Assembly: GCA_965197895.1 (NCBI GenBank)
Contig: OZ240232.1
Span: forward strand, 714,318 to 778,317
DNA: 64,000 nt
Reading direction: 5' to 3'
From: Candidatus Versatilivoraceae bacterium
Lineage (GTDB): Bacteria > Acidobacteriota > Terriglobia > Versatilivoradales > Versatilivoraceae
The notes under the pieces were generated by a model. It was not told the DNA's origin, ran no database searches, and saw only the letters and a program-made list of their open reading frames with translations. Below are positions 8,453-18,771 of the stretch, piece by piece (positions within the stretch are counted from its first letter, which is position 1; the number at the start of each line of letters is the position of its first letter). A program made the translations under genes and the position numbers.

Positions 8453-10864
8453 TCAAAATCGAATGCTCCAGGTCCCCGACTCCAGGTACACGTCCAGAGC
8501 GACTCCTTTGAGGTAGTCGTAACAGAAGTAGTTGAGAGCTCCCAAAGCTCCCAGGTCAGAGGGGTCGCGCACGACGGCAGCCCAATGTTCAATAGCGGAT
8601 CTCAGCAAGGCCAAAGCTCTTTCCAGTCTGCGATTGGTTTCGGTGATGTTTTTTTCAAATGAGGGGGCATCCTTGTCGGCTCGGGCGTTCCGGGATTTCT
8701 GGTATGCCCGCCTGGCGCGACGTACTTCCTGCACGGCAGCGATGTAGTCCGTGCCGAAGTTCAACTGCCCCAGGAGCTGTCGGACATAGCTCTTGCCCGG
8801 GGGACGGCTTTTCCTCAGGGCCGATTCCACCAGGGGCGTGGCTTTGAGATAGTGGGCCCGCAGCTCATCCCATCCCGGGTTCGGACCCGAATCGGAATTC
8901 CAGTGCTTGCGCATCATGGTGGTGACCGGAAAGAGAAAACCCATGGCCACCCGGTCTCCGATGAGCGTGGCTTCTTCCAGGATGCGGTAGGCGTTAAGCA
9001 TGTCGGGCACGGCCCCCGGCCCGCACACCTGTTGTACCTGGTCCCGGTAGACGGATTCAGGGGTGAGGTTGGAGGACCAGGAAGCCTGAGCCAGGTAAGC
9101 CGTTCCCGCCTCCAGCTTGGTGACCAGGAACTGCCGGCCGAAGAAGCCGAAAACTTTGTACCGGTCCATCGCCTGGAAAATGCGATGGAGTGGCTGGGTC
9201 GGCAACTGGGGAAGGATGCCGATATTGTCATCTGCCAGCGTAGCCAGGACCGTCACCTTCATGGGACTGCGCTCGGCAAAGGCGAGCATTTCGGTGCGCT
9301 CCGCAGCCAGGGAGGTCAGATAGTCCATGGGGACCATCATCATGACTCGACCGGGGAAAATCTTGGGCATGACCGCATAGAATTCGTCACTGAAGGTGCT
9401 GACCACCACGGCCGCCTCGGGATTAGCCGTTTCCCGGAGAATTTGACCGTCATTGAGAAGCTTATCCAGCGTATCGGCGTTGGCCAGGGCCCCTTTGAGC
9501 TCTTCAACCGGTCGAGTTCCCCGGCGCACGCCAACCGGCAGGGTATTGGTTCTGGCCGATTGCAGCATTTGGTCAAGACTGAACTCGGGTTCGAGCTGAT
9601 ACTTGCGGTTCAAGCGGTCCCACATTTCCCGAAACTTTTCTCCTCCTCCCGGCAGCTCGGGTTGCGTCAGCCCATAGAAGTCGGCTTCCGGATAGGTGTT
9701 GACGTGAGCGCGGATGATGGTCTTATTCAGCTCCATCACGGCCGGATTGTCGGGGGTCATGTAGGGAAAAGCCTGAGGGTCAACCGCATACTCCGAGATT
9801 CCCAGGCGAGCGTTTCGGGCACCCTTCATTGCCTCCTTGGGGAGATATTCTCGATCGGACCATTGGGGAAGCTTCCAATTGAATTCGTTGGTGAACTGGT
9901 TGATTCTAAAGTTCAAGCCGGTTTGCATACCGCGGCGTTTGGCATAGGCAAACAACTCGTGCAAGAGCCCTTGGGCGGCCCTCACCCGTTCCCGGTACGT
10001 CCTGGCTCCGGCCAGTTCCGGGTTCACCAGTTGGCTTCGCCCCCCGAACAGCTCCCTGCCAATGGTTTCTGCATGAATCGGGACCCTCCAGCCATAGTGG
10101 AGGACTCCAGTGACTTTGGGTTGGTCCCTCATTTGGTAGTGAACGAAGGGTTGATGCGGGTAGATCTGCACGTAAAGGACGTTGAACTTCATCTTGGCCA
10201 ACTGATCGATCAGATGCCGGTAGTCCCGCATTCCGTAAAAGATGAGAGAAGTGGCCAGGTTGTTGATGGCACGGTAGGAACGGAATCGGAAACGGGGTTC
10301 CCGGGTCAGGTCCAGTTGCCGGGGCGGGAAGGGCTCCGGGACCTCCGGGAACACGTCCTTCTCCAGCAGGAAACGGACGCCGGCGCGTTCCAACAGCTCG
10401 TAGACCGCCCACAAAGTTGCCGCTGGACTGCCTCCTCCCAGAATGAGCAGCTCCCGGTCTCCGGCGGTCACCCTCCTCAAAACGATGCCTTGGTCGCTGA
10501 GCTGCGGCCAGGCGAAACGGTCAGAGATCTGTTTGAAGGCCGGATTGGTCTCAGGATTTCCGAGGACGATGGTGAGATCGGATCCTATGGCCGGGGTCCG
10601 GATCAGCTCGGCTTGAAGGCCATAGAGCTCTCTCAGGTAGCGGCGCAGTTCGTTGGCGGCAAAGTCTTCCAGTTCCGGTGCTTCAGGCCCTAAAACGATG
10701 GAGCAACGGATGGGCGGGTCTGGGGTTGGGACCGTCTCGGCTCCCAGTTGGGCCGGTGGATTCCCTGTGCTTAGCCAGAAGGCCACCGCCAGCAGGGGAG
10801 ACAGGCACCGTCCCGACCTTCTGATTCTCTGCTGTCTTGGGTTCATCGGGACCTCCAGTGTCAC
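8453..10864 (-). CDS. large secreted glycoside-hydrolase-like protein (family unresolved; DUF4838/GH20-GH67-GH115-like fold suspected)
   Basis: 803 aa with N-terminal signal peptide. Aromatic-rich TIM-barrel-like core. Sits in the glycan-degradation locus. Family assignment is inference only. Confidence 0.4.
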   Translation of the reverse strand: MTLEVPMNPRQQRIRRSGRCLSPLLAVAFWLSTGNPPAQLGAETVPTPDPPIRCSIVLGPEAPELEDFAANELRRYLRELYGLQAELIRTPAIGSDLTIVLGNPETNPAFKQISDRFAWPQLSDQGIVLRRVTAGDRELLILGGGSPAATLWAVYELLERAGVRFLLEKDVFPEVPEPFPPRQLDLTREPRFRFRSYRAINNLATSLIFYGMRDYRHLIDQLAKMKFNVLYVQIYPHQPFVHYQMRDQPKVTGVLHYGWRVPIHAETIGRELFGGRSQLVNPELAGARTYRERVRAAQGLLHELFAYAKRRGMQTGLNFRINQFTNEFNWKLPQWSDREYLPKEAMKGARNARLGISEYAVDPQAFPYMTPDNPAVMELNKTIIRAHVNTYPEADFYGLTQPELPGGGEKFREMWDRLNRKYQLEPEFSLDQMLQSARTNTLPVGVRRGTRPVEELKGALANADTLDKLLNDGQILRETANPEAAVVVSTFSDEFYAVMPKIFPGRVMMMVPMDYLTSLAAERTEMLAFAERSPMKVTVLATLADDNIGILPQLPTQPLHRIFQAMDRYKVFGFFGRQFLVTKLEAGTAYLAQASWSSNLTPESVYRDQVQQVCGPGAVPDMLNAYRILEEATLIGDRVAMGFLFPVTTMMRKHWNSDSGPNPGWDELRAHYLKATPLVESALRKSRPPGKSYVRQLLGQLNFGTDYIAAVQEVRRARRAYQKSRNARADKDAPSFEKNITETNRRLERALALLRSAIEHWAAVVRDPSDLGALGALNYFCYDYLKGVALDVYLESGTWSIRF

Positions 10865-10930
10865 GGGAAAGGAAACGCAACCAGTCTTGAATCGCTCTCC
10901 GCTTGCTTGCCGATTGCCGCCCGATGGGCA

Positions 10931-11689
10931 CTAAGGCTGGCAGGCTTGGCGATAGGAGGTGAGTTGCTCCGCCAGGAAACCCTCCAGGGTGACCGATTCA
11001 AAAAAGCGGGCTCCCTGGTGGTAGAGATCCTTGGCATCCTGATCGTCCTGGGGTGAGACGCCGATGTGGATACCGTATTGCTTGCCGATTTTCAGAGCTT
11101 TGTCGAGGGCCTGCAGCACCAGGGGATGGCTTGTTTCGATCGGGTGCCCATAAGCCGTGGACAGATCCCAGGGACCCATGTTGAAGATGTCGATTCCCGG
11201 AACGGCTGCAATGGCCTCCAGATTCTCGACCGCATCGGGTTCTTCCAGCATAAGCGCCACCAGGAGGTGGTCATTGGCTTCTTCAAGATAGGCCCGCGCG
11301 TCGGCCAATCCGTAGCCAATGGGCCGTCCGGGACCGGCGCCCCGCTTTCCCTGCGGGGGGTACTTGCAAAGCGAAACCGCCCGTTGGGCATCCTCGACGG
11401 TGCGAATGTGGGGAAAGAGGATGCCGCCGGCTCCGTGGTCCAGAGCTTGCTTGACCAGGGTTCGATCCACTCCCGGGGCCCGAAAGATGGGGGTGGCCCC
11501 GGTCGCCTGTACCGCCAGGATCATGGCATCCAGGCTGTCGCTGCCGATGGTTCCGTGCTCCCCGTCCAGCATGACGCACTCATACCCGGCCAGGCCGGCG
11601 ATCTCGGCCAGATTGGGATGGGGGGTTCGGACGGTGCAGGAGAAGACCGGTTTGCCTTCGCGAAGCAGGTCCTTCATTCGGTTCTGCAT
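10931..11689 (-). CDS. HpcH/HpaI-family aldolase (2-keto-3-deoxy-sugar-acid aldolase)
   Basis: Start chosen at MQNRMKDLLREGKPVFSCTVRTPHPNLAEIAGLAGYECVMLDGEHG (ATG 11689), which matches the HpcH/HpaI N-terminus. The track ORF extends to 11887, but the upstream part has no similarity. Confidence 0.7.
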   Translation of the reverse strand: MQNRMKDLLREGKPVFSCTVRTPHPNLAEIAGLAGYECVMLDGEHGTIGSDSLDAMILAVQATGATPIFRAPGVDRTLVKQALDHGAGGILFPHIRTVEDAQRAVSLCKYPPQGKRGAGPGRPIGYGLADARAYLEEANDHLLVALMLEEPDAVENLEAIAAVPGIDIFNMGPWDLSTAYGHPIETSHPLVLQALDKALKIGKQYGIHIGVSPQDDQDAKDLYHQGARFFESVTLEGFLAEQLTSYRQACQP

Positions 11690-11832
11690 GGGATCAAGAC
11701 TCCTCTGAGCGGTTTTAGTGGTCAGACAGGGGCCAAGCCATCCCCTATCCTGTCCCTCTATGTCGAATCCCCTATCCACATCGATGAACAGGGTGGACAA
11801 GATGAGTGGTCCGGGGCGAGCGACTTCCTCAG

Positions 11833-13755
11833 CTAGCTCATCCCATCCGGGACCCGAAATCCCTTGACTTTGGTCTGGATGGACCACACCGACGATTGGC
11901 CGACCATATAGAGCACGTCGTTGTTTTTACCGCCGAAAGTCAGGCTGACCGGGAACTGGGGACACCAGATGGTTCCGACGTAAACGCCGCTGGCATCGAA
12001 GACCTGAGCCCCGGAAAGGGTGGCCACGTAAAGACGGCCGTCCGTATCGACTGCCATGCCGTCGGCCTGGGAATTGAAGCGGTCCTTCACTTCTTTGGCA
12101 TCCAGCACCTCAGGCGTCAGGTTCAGCATGGCGAATTTGCGCTTGTTGGCGAGGGAACCGTCCTCTTGCACGTCGTAGGCATAGACGAAGTTTTCTCCCG
12201 GTTGCAGCCAGGTGTTGTTGACATAAAACGTTTTACCGTCGGGCGAAATTTCCACTCCGTTCGGGAAGGCATATTCGCCCGCCGGTATCACCACTTTGCT
12301 CCTGCCGCGGGGGTTGCGGTAGTAAACCTGGGTCCCCGGCATTTTCTTGGCGTCGGGTATGAACTGGGGATCGGTGACGTAGATACCGCCTTTCAGATCC
12401 ATCACCAGATCATTGGGGCCATCAATCCGGGTGCCGCCTACCCTGGAGAGCACGGTCCTCCGGATTCTGCCGCTCCGGGGATTCATCTCGATTACACGAT
12501 GGCCGAACATGTCGCAGACCAGGAGGTTGCCCCGCTTGGAGGCAATGGTTCCGTTGGTTTGCATCCCCGTGGCAATAGCCTTCCATTTCCCGTCCGGTGA
12601 CATGCGGATGGTTCGACTCTTGCTGACATCGCTGGACCAATCGTCCCTGAAGTGCATGTCAGAGAAATAGAGATTCCCTTTCAACCAGGTGGGACCCTCG
12701 GTAAAAGTAAACCCCTCGGCCAGCTTGACGGGCTTGACTTCCGGATCAACGACCTCATGGTACAGAGCGTTTTGTTTTTCCGCGTAAGAGATGTAGTCGG
12801 GCCGGACCGGCCAGAAAACGTCCAGGGCATCCGCTCCAAACTCTCCCATGTGACCGGAATGGACCATGCCACCGGGTTGCAGAAGGATATGTTGTTCCTC
12901 AGCCTTCATGGGGTAGCGGGCATCCATGATCCCCTCTTCCAGCGACCCACGGAGGGTGATCATCAATTGATCCTCGGGGTGGATGTGCAAGGGGAAGTTG
13001 GAATTGGGATCCATCCGAATCAAGCTCAGCATGGCGTTCTTCCCCCAGATGAGCCGGGAGAGGGCGCCGCTGCGCTTATAGGTCAGACCCTTGGCCGGCG
13101 GAGTCAGGGCTGTCCACTGGACATCGTTCAGATTGTAGACCTTGTCGGGCTCGATTGAAGGGGTCACACCCTGGTCGGGAAAGGAAACCCGCGTGCTGTC
13201 GCGGTGTGGCTTTCCGGCTGCGCTCAAATGGTCGAGGCGCACCGGAGAGAAGACTTCCAGAGCTTTGAGTCCTTCGCTGCCGGCCTTAAGGGAACGCTTG
13301 CTACCCGGAGTCAGGTAAAGCACGCTGTCCTTAGCCAACTCGAAGGTTTTATCCCCTACGGTACAAGTGGCGGAGCCTTGCTGCACCACCGTGATGAGCT
13401 CTTCATTAAGGGATTGTTCGGGATAGTGGCTGCCGGCCTCCATGTCGAGGAGTTCCAATAGTGCTCCTTCTCCCCAGGCCACTTTGGCTTTGACACCCTC
13501 GGCGATATCGATGACCGGGAGTTCCCGGGAGGGATAGATCTTGCCTGCCTCCAGGCTGGGCAGGACTTCCGTGTGGGGAATTTGGCGTTCACGCCCCTTG
13601 ATGTTGTTTTCCTCGATGACCGTTTGGTTGACGGCTCTCCAGGCATCCTGGGACGAGCATCCGGCAGCAACGGAGAACAAGATCCCGCAGACCAGCAAAA
13701 CCAACGATTGCGAACCTCGGTTGACCTGCTTCATGGTGGCTACTCCTTCTTTCAT
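11833..13755 (-). CDS. lipoprotein: bicupin domain fused to SMP-30/gluconolactonase/LRE-like beta-propeller
   Basis: Lipobox LVCGILFSVAAGCSS. Two cupin-like segments, then C-terminal NHL/SMP-30-like repeats (GPNDLVMDLKGGIYVTD, FPNGVEISPDGKTFYV, ADGMAVDTDGRLYVAT). Confidence 0.6.
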   Translation of the reverse strand: MKEGVATMKQVNRGSQSLVLLVCGILFSVAAGCSSQDAWRAVNQTVIEENNIKGRERQIPHTEVLPSLEAGKIYPSRELPVIDIAEGVKAKVAWGEGALLELLDMEAGSHYPEQSLNEELITVVQQGSATCTVGDKTFELAKDSVLYLTPGSKRSLKAGSEGLKALEVFSPVRLDHLSAAGKPHRDSTRVSFPDQGVTPSIEPDKVYNLNDVQWTALTPPAKGLTYKRSGALSRLIWGKNAMLSLIRMDPNSNFPLHIHPEDQLMITLRGSLEEGIMDARYPMKAEEQHILLQPGGMVHSGHMGEFGADALDVFWPVRPDYISYAEKQNALYHEVVDPEVKPVKLAEGFTFTEGPTWLKGNLYFSDMHFRDDWSSDVSKSRTIRMSPDGKWKAIATGMQTNGTIASKRGNLLVCDMFGHRVIEMNPRSGRIRRTVLSRVGGTRIDGPNDLVMDLKGGIYVTDPQFIPDAKKMPGTQVYYRNPRGRSKVVIPAGEYAFPNGVEISPDGKTFYVNNTWLQPGENFVYAYDVQEDGSLANKRKFAMLNLTPEVLDAKEVKDRFNSQADGMAVDTDGRLYVATLSGAQVFDASGVYVGTIWCPQFPVSLTFGGKNNDVLYMVGQSSVWSIQTKVKGFRVPDGMS

Positions 13756-13842
13756 TTGGAATGTAAGAATGACTCGACTTGGATTGTCCGGGACGACACT
13801 CCCGCAGCTCGGGCGTGAGTGCGCGAACCCGATCGGAATGGG

Positions 13843-15567
13843 CTAACCTCGACCATAGTTCAGATGGATCTCGACGCTCTGCACCGTGAGTTCCGGTTTC
13901 ATTCGGGGGTCGCGCTTCACCAGGCGGACCTGGATTTGATGGGTTCCCCGCTCTGCCTGATCGGGTGACAGCGACCAAACCAACCAACTGTTTTCCGTGA
14001 CCTCCGAGGGATTGTCCGGATCCTCGTCGGCCGCGTTCCGTATGGAGGGCTTCTCGAGCTGGCTTCCATCCAGACTCACCTCAACCCGGTCGGCCGGTGA
14101 GTGGTTTCCGAGCTCCAACTGCAGCTCGATCTTGCTCAGATTTCCGGCCTGAGCTTCTTTTCGGGTATCGTCGTAAATGCCCACCTGAAAGCGAGGCCCT
14201 TCTTCGGTCAGGGTGGGATAGAGCTTCACCGGAGTTTCCCCGTAGATACGGTCGTTCAAGTCGGCTCCGGCCCAAGCCCCCTCTTTGGGTTCACTGAAGG
14301 GCCAACCTCCAACGTAACGATGGAGGGCGGCGTAGACTTTGTCGGTCTGCTTCAAGGTTTGTGGAGCTCCAATGGTCGTGAGCAAGGGCCGCCGCGTTTT
14401 TTCGTTGGCGTGCCAATTGAACACATACATGCCGTCGGCGCCCCGTTCCCAATAGGCGCTGGCGGCTGCCATCACCATGGCCTGGTTCCACTTCTGGTGA
14501 GGCAACAGACCTTCATGGGGACCCCAGAAACCTGAGTCGAACCCTGTATAAAACGGAATACGCGAATCGTTCAGTAATTCCCGGAAAGCCTCCACCTCGA
14601 TCCCGTAGTCGGTGCCGGCTCCTCCTCCGGAAATGACCAGATCGCAAAGTCCTTCCCGGACCCAAGCCGGCAGGTCGTAGCCGATTCGCCGGCAGGACTC
14701 CATGGTGGTTGCCACCCTCACTGCCAGGTGAAGAGGCTTGCCCCGCTCCCGGCCGACTTGCTCCGTCATGCGGCGCAGCGCACGCTGCAGGTCTGTCAAG
14801 GTGTAGCGCAGCCGATAGGCATCGTCGGCCGGCAAGTGAAAGGCGTGTCGCTGCCAGTCCAACTCGATGCCGTCCCAATCGGCCAATCGACAAACCTCGG
14901 TCACGTGGCGCAGGCGGTGCTCCCTGACCTCAGGGATGGCGAAATTCCACGAAGCTGCAAACCACTTGGGGGCCTGTCGCGGCCCCAGGCACCATTCCGG
15001 GTGGTCTCGACGCAACTGGGTCAGCCCCAGCACGCGGGCATCAGCCATCTCCGAGACCTGCAAGCCGCGAAAGTGGTTGTCATTCATTCGTATGGAAGCG
15101 TAGACGTGCAACCCCAACTCGTGTCCTCTTTTAACCATGGCCCGGTAGGGGTTTTCACCCCGCTCGAACATGGCCCGAATCCCTTCGCTGTGCCGCATAT
15201 GCCGCACCGAATCGTACACGCGCCCTTTGGAATCGCCAATGATCTCCATGGATTGGGATGGCCACTTGGCTTCATGGGTCCCCATACACCAGAAATGAGC
15301 GCCGACCTGGGTATCCTTCATCGGGGCGTAGACTTTGTCCAGGAACTGGTCCAGGGACTGCGGATACTCCGAGTAGTTGTGGGGTGCCCCATCCCAGTTG
15401 TAGATGATGTTGTAAGCGGGCGGTTTAGGCCTTCTGTCGTTTGCCGGGCGGCCGGCAGGTCGAGGCCTGGAGACCCCGGAAGGTGTGGCCAGCCTTCCTC
15501 CCAGAGCAGCCACTCCAAGTGCTCCGGTTTCCAGGAAAGTCCGGCGAGTGTGTTCCATTTCGATCAC
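13843..15567 (-). CDS. TAT-exported protein, putative glycoside-hydrolase-like TIM barrel (GHL-type); function uncertain
   Basis: 574 aa; twin-arginine signal MEHTRRTFLETGALGVAALG. No confident family match from sequence alone. Confidence 0.4.
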   Translation of the reverse strand: MIEMEHTRRTFLETGALGVAALGGRLATPSGVSRPRPAGRPANDRRPKPPAYNIIYNWDGAPHNYSEYPQSLDQFLDKVYAPMKDTQVGAHFWCMGTHEAKWPSQSMEIIGDSKGRVYDSVRHMRHSEGIRAMFERGENPYRAMVKRGHELGLHVYASIRMNDNHFRGLQVSEMADARVLGLTQLRRDHPEWCLGPRQAPKWFAASWNFAIPEVREHRLRHVTEVCRLADWDGIELDWQRHAFHLPADDAYRLRYTLTDLQRALRRMTEQVGRERGKPLHLAVRVATTMESCRRIGYDLPAWVREGLCDLVISGGGAGTDYGIEVEAFRELLNDSRIPFYTGFDSGFWGPHEGLLPHQKWNQAMVMAAASAYWERGADGMYVFNWHANEKTRRPLLTTIGAPQTLKQTDKVYAALHRYVGGWPFSEPKEGAWAGADLNDRIYGETPVKLYPTLTEEGPRFQVGIYDDTRKEAQAGNLSKIELQLELGNHSPADRVEVSLDGSQLEKPSIRNAADEDPDNPSEVTENSWLVWSLSPDQAERGTHQIQVRLVKRDPRMKPELTVQSVEIHLNYGRG

Positions 15568-15621
15568 CTTTCTTCCCCGGGAAGGAGACCCTGCAGATAA
15601 GACCGGTCCCCACCAGGGGGC

Positions 15622-16887
15622 TCAGGCCCGGCAGAAATGAGAGGTTTCGGGCGCCCGGTAACGGATCTGCAGCTCAGGAGTATCGAGCTTGCGGTTTCCC
15701 TGGACTTTCGACTCCAGGCAATGGTCGAGGATCCCGCTGACGATCAACGTTCGTTCTACCGGATAGGGGGCTTGACCCGTTTCGATCATCTCCTCGATCT
15801 TTTCTGCCAGGCAGGCGGAATAGGCCACGTTGGGTGTGGGAGGGAGTTGAAACAAAATCGCCTGAGGTTGCGGAAGGCCTTGCAGCCGAGCCGCGAAGGT
15901 CCGGTCCTGGACGGCCCCGTTCAGCATGAGCAGGGTGGCCTGCAAGCCGTCCGAGTGCTCAATGAAGTAGGCAGCCGGTTCTTTGACGATCTTGGCCAAC
16001 TGGCCGTTGTTGGCCAGATCCTGAGGCCGGGCGTCGATCAAGGTATCCCCCAGGAGTTTGTTGGATCGCGACAAGGCCGCCTCCAGGAGCCTCTTGGACC
16101 ACCGGCCATCTTCACCGGCCTTCCACACGGCGTCACCTTGAATGAGTTGAACCGATTTCACGCCCGACTCGCCTCCCCGCCGTCGCTCCACCATGCACTG
16201 CATGGCTTCCAGGGCATGATAGTCGCTGGCGTCCGAGGATCCGACACCAACCATCAAGGCTTCCTCGATGACGCAGTCCAGGGGAAACTCAACGGCGGGA
16301 ATTCTCCAGGTCACCGGTAGCGAGGATCCGGCCAACATGGGGAACCCCAGTCTCTTGGAGGCCGCTACCATTTTCTTGGCCTTGGAGGTGTCGTAGGAGA
16401 GGTGTTTGTCATTGAACACCGGAACGGCACGCCCATCCTGCTCGAAGACGTCCACCACTTGTTGGAAAAGCTCGTAGCGCGGATAGAGAACCTGGCCCTT
16501 CTTGTTTCGGGGATAATCTCCATGTTCAATGATCAACAGGACGCCATCGACTGCCAGCTTGTCCCCACCGCACCGCAAGGCCTCCTGCACGCCGGGATAA
16601 ACCTGGAAACCGAACTCCTTGGCCCGGGACTGGCTTTGGTCTCCCTTGGGTTTTTGATCCACGTACAGCGAAACCACGTCCATTTCCGGAAGGTGCCACT
16701 GTCCTCTGCGGGGGTACCCCACCAGGAAGCGATCTCCGAAATGCTGGGCATGGGAGAGATACCGCCAAATGGAGGCGATAATGGCCAGCTTCTTCCGTTT
16801 CCTCGGCGCCTCTGTTGCGGAACAGCCAAGATGGGCAGCCAAGCCGGAGGCCGCAACGATTTCCAGGAAAGTTCGTCTGCTGAGCAT
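15622..16887 (-). CDS. TAT-exported conserved hypothetical protein (paralog 1 of tandem pair)
   Basis: MLSRRTFLEIVAASGLAAHLG TAT signal. Core is ~45% identical to the adjacent upstream ORF (YxSHAQHxxDRFLxGY, MDVVSxYVDQ, AVDGVLLIxEHGxYPRN, VPVFNDKHLS, LEAMQCMVERRRGGE). TGATG overlap with paralog 2's stop. Confidence 0.6.
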   Translation of the reverse strand: MLSRRTFLEIVAASGLAAHLGCSATEAPRKRKKLAIIASIWRYLSHAQHFGDRFLVGYPRRGQWHLPEMDVVSLYVDQKPKGDQSQSRAKEFGFQVYPGVQEALRCGGDKLAVDGVLLIIEHGDYPRNKKGQVLYPRYELFQQVVDVFEQDGRAVPVFNDKHLSYDTSKAKKMVAASKRLGFPMLAGSSLPVTWRIPAVEFPLDCVIEEALMVGVGSSDASDYHALEAMQCMVERRRGGESGVKSVQLIQGDAVWKAGEDGRWSKRLLEAALSRSNKLLGDTLIDARPQDLANNGQLAKIVKEPAAYFIEHSDGLQATLLMLNGAVQDRTFAARLQGLPQPQAILFQLPPTPNVAYSACLAEKIEEMIETGQAPYPVERTLIVSGILDHCLESKVQGNRKLDTPELQIRYRAPETSHFCRA

Positions 16888-18182
16888 CAGCTCCTCCAAA
16901 AGGTCGAAGCTTGAGTCGGTTGGTAGCGGATGTGCAAATGGGGGGTCTCCATGCGTTTTTGTCCTTGCCAGATGGATTCGACCCCAGCGGCCGTCAAGCC
17001 CGTCGTCAGCAGGGTGCGCTCCACCGGATAAGTGGCCTTTCCCGTGAGGAACATTTGCTCAACGTTATGGCATTGAGGACTGAAGAAGTTGCAAACTTCC
17101 CGGGGCGGCAGGAACACCTGAGTCGAAAACAATTCCTTCACTCCTTTTAGGCGCGCGGCAAAGGTGAAATCCTGCACCAATCCTTCCATCAACAGGATGG
17201 TGCCTTTGAGGCCGTCCAGATACTCGAATCGATAAGCGACGGGAGGGTTCTGCGTGATCAGGCCCGGGATCTCGTCCGGCTCGGGCAGGACGTGATTGAA
17301 CCCTTCCCGGCTGGGATTCAGCTTGTGGCTGCGGCAGAGGCAAGCCTGGAACAATTCAGGATCCCATCCGCCCGCCTGCCAGGATCCGGCTTTCATGGCT
17401 TCGTAGACGGGGGCTCCCCGCAGGGCATGGATGGCCGCGGCTCCGGTTTCCCCGCCGCGCCGGCGCTCGACCATGCACTGCAGGCCTTCCAAAGCGTGGA
17501 TGTCGTACCCGTCGATGCCTCCCACGGCCAGGCAAAGCGCTTCCTCGATCTCGGCGCCGAAGGGCATATCGATGGAGGGCAGCCGGGGCGTCACCGGAAG
17601 TGACGACCCGGCCATGAAGGCAAAATCCAACTCCCTGGAGGTGTCCACCATCTCCTTGGCCCATTCCCATTTCCAGGAAAGATGCTTGTCGTTGAATACC
17701 GGGACACTTCGCTTGCTGTCCCGGAAGACCTTGGCGATTTCCTGAAAGAATTCGTAGCGGGGGTAGAGCGTCTGTCCTTTCTCGTTCCTGGGATAGTTAC
17801 CGTGCTCGGCAATCAAGAGCACTCCGTCCACAGCCAGTTGGCTCCCCCCAAGGGTCAGGGCTTCCGCAATCGTTGGGTACTTTTTCATCGTGGGAAACCG
17901 TCGAAGACGATCGTGGATGAGCGTGTTCTTGGGAATCTGATCGACGTAGACGGACACCACATCCATGGGGGGGCGGTGGTGCCGATTTCCCCAACCGTAG
18001 CCCCAGAGGAACCGATCCACAATATGCTGGGCATGAGAATAACGGCGGTACTCGGTGACTACGGCTGCAATCCGGGGTCTCTTCCGGGAAGGAGCGGTGT
18101 AGGCGGCTCCTGCTGCCGTTGCCGGCGGTGATGCCGAAAGAAGGGTTTTTCGAGAAATTCCGGATGAAGACGCCTTGGGCAT
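16887..18182 (-). CDS. exported conserved hypothetical protein (paralog 2 of tandem pair)
   Basis: 431 aa sharing the same conserved blocks as 15622..16887. Degenerate signal (SRKTLLSASPPATAAGAAY). Confidence 0.6.
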   Translation of the reverse strand: MPKASSSGISRKTLLSASPPATAAGAAYTAPSRKRPRIAAVVTEYRRYSHAQHIVDRFLWGYGWGNRHHRPPMDVVSVYVDQIPKNTLIHDRLRRFPTMKKYPTIAEALTLGGSQLAVDGVLLIAEHGNYPRNEKGQTLYPRYEFFQEIAKVFRDSKRSVPVFNDKHLSWKWEWAKEMVDTSRELDFAFMAGSSLPVTPRLPSIDMPFGAEIEEALCLAVGGIDGYDIHALEGLQCMVERRRGGETGAAAIHALRGAPVYEAMKAGSWQAGGWDPELFQACLCRSHKLNPSREGFNHVLPEPDEIPGLITQNPPVAYRFEYLDGLKGTILLMEGLVQDFTFAARLKGVKELFSTQVFLPPREVCNFFSPQCHNVEQMFLTGKATYPVERTLLTTGLTAAGVESIWQGQKRMETPHLHIRYQPTQASTFWRS

Positions 18183-18771
18183 GACTGGACTTCAAGAACC
18201 GTGAGTTGAAGGCTAAAAAGGAACTTGCGCAAGGGTTAGAAGCATAATCAAGTGGGTCAAAAGAAGCAACGTGTTTCCGGGTCGGATTCCGGGTCGTCGG
18301 CGGCGTCCTCGGCGGGATGCTGCCGCTGCTGGTGTATGACTCCGGGGATCACATCAGCCCGGAGCAGCCGGTTTTGGATAACGCTGTCGGCCACGCTTAA
18401 GGCCCTCAGCGGTAGCCGGCATCGAAGGAACAACCCGGGGATATCCGGGGCAGTCCGGTAACATCCGTTTCATCTTCCTTTTTTGACTGACTTTGACTGG
18501 GCGGGTTCGCTTTCCTAGAATCATTGCCAACTGCTTCGAGTTCGTATTGCATTGGATCCGGAGCCACCTGTCAGGGCCCTTGCCCCGCGGCAAAACCTGG
18601 ACCCTGACAGGCTCAACCCGCACTGCTCACCCGGTCCCTCGGCGCAGGATGAAGAATGTTTTGTCGCCGGCAACTTGCCAGCCAACCATGGATTGCTTGC
18701 CGGCACACAGAGGGCACGCCCTGGTGAGAAATGCGGGCGAAAAGCCTGTTGGAAGTTGTTTCGAAACTCCT

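Noticed and set aside
11689-11887. N-terminal 66-aa extension of the HpcH aldolase ORF
   Set aside because: No similarity to the family, overlaps the 3' end of the neighbouring bicupin gene; internal Met gives a standard-length aldolase.
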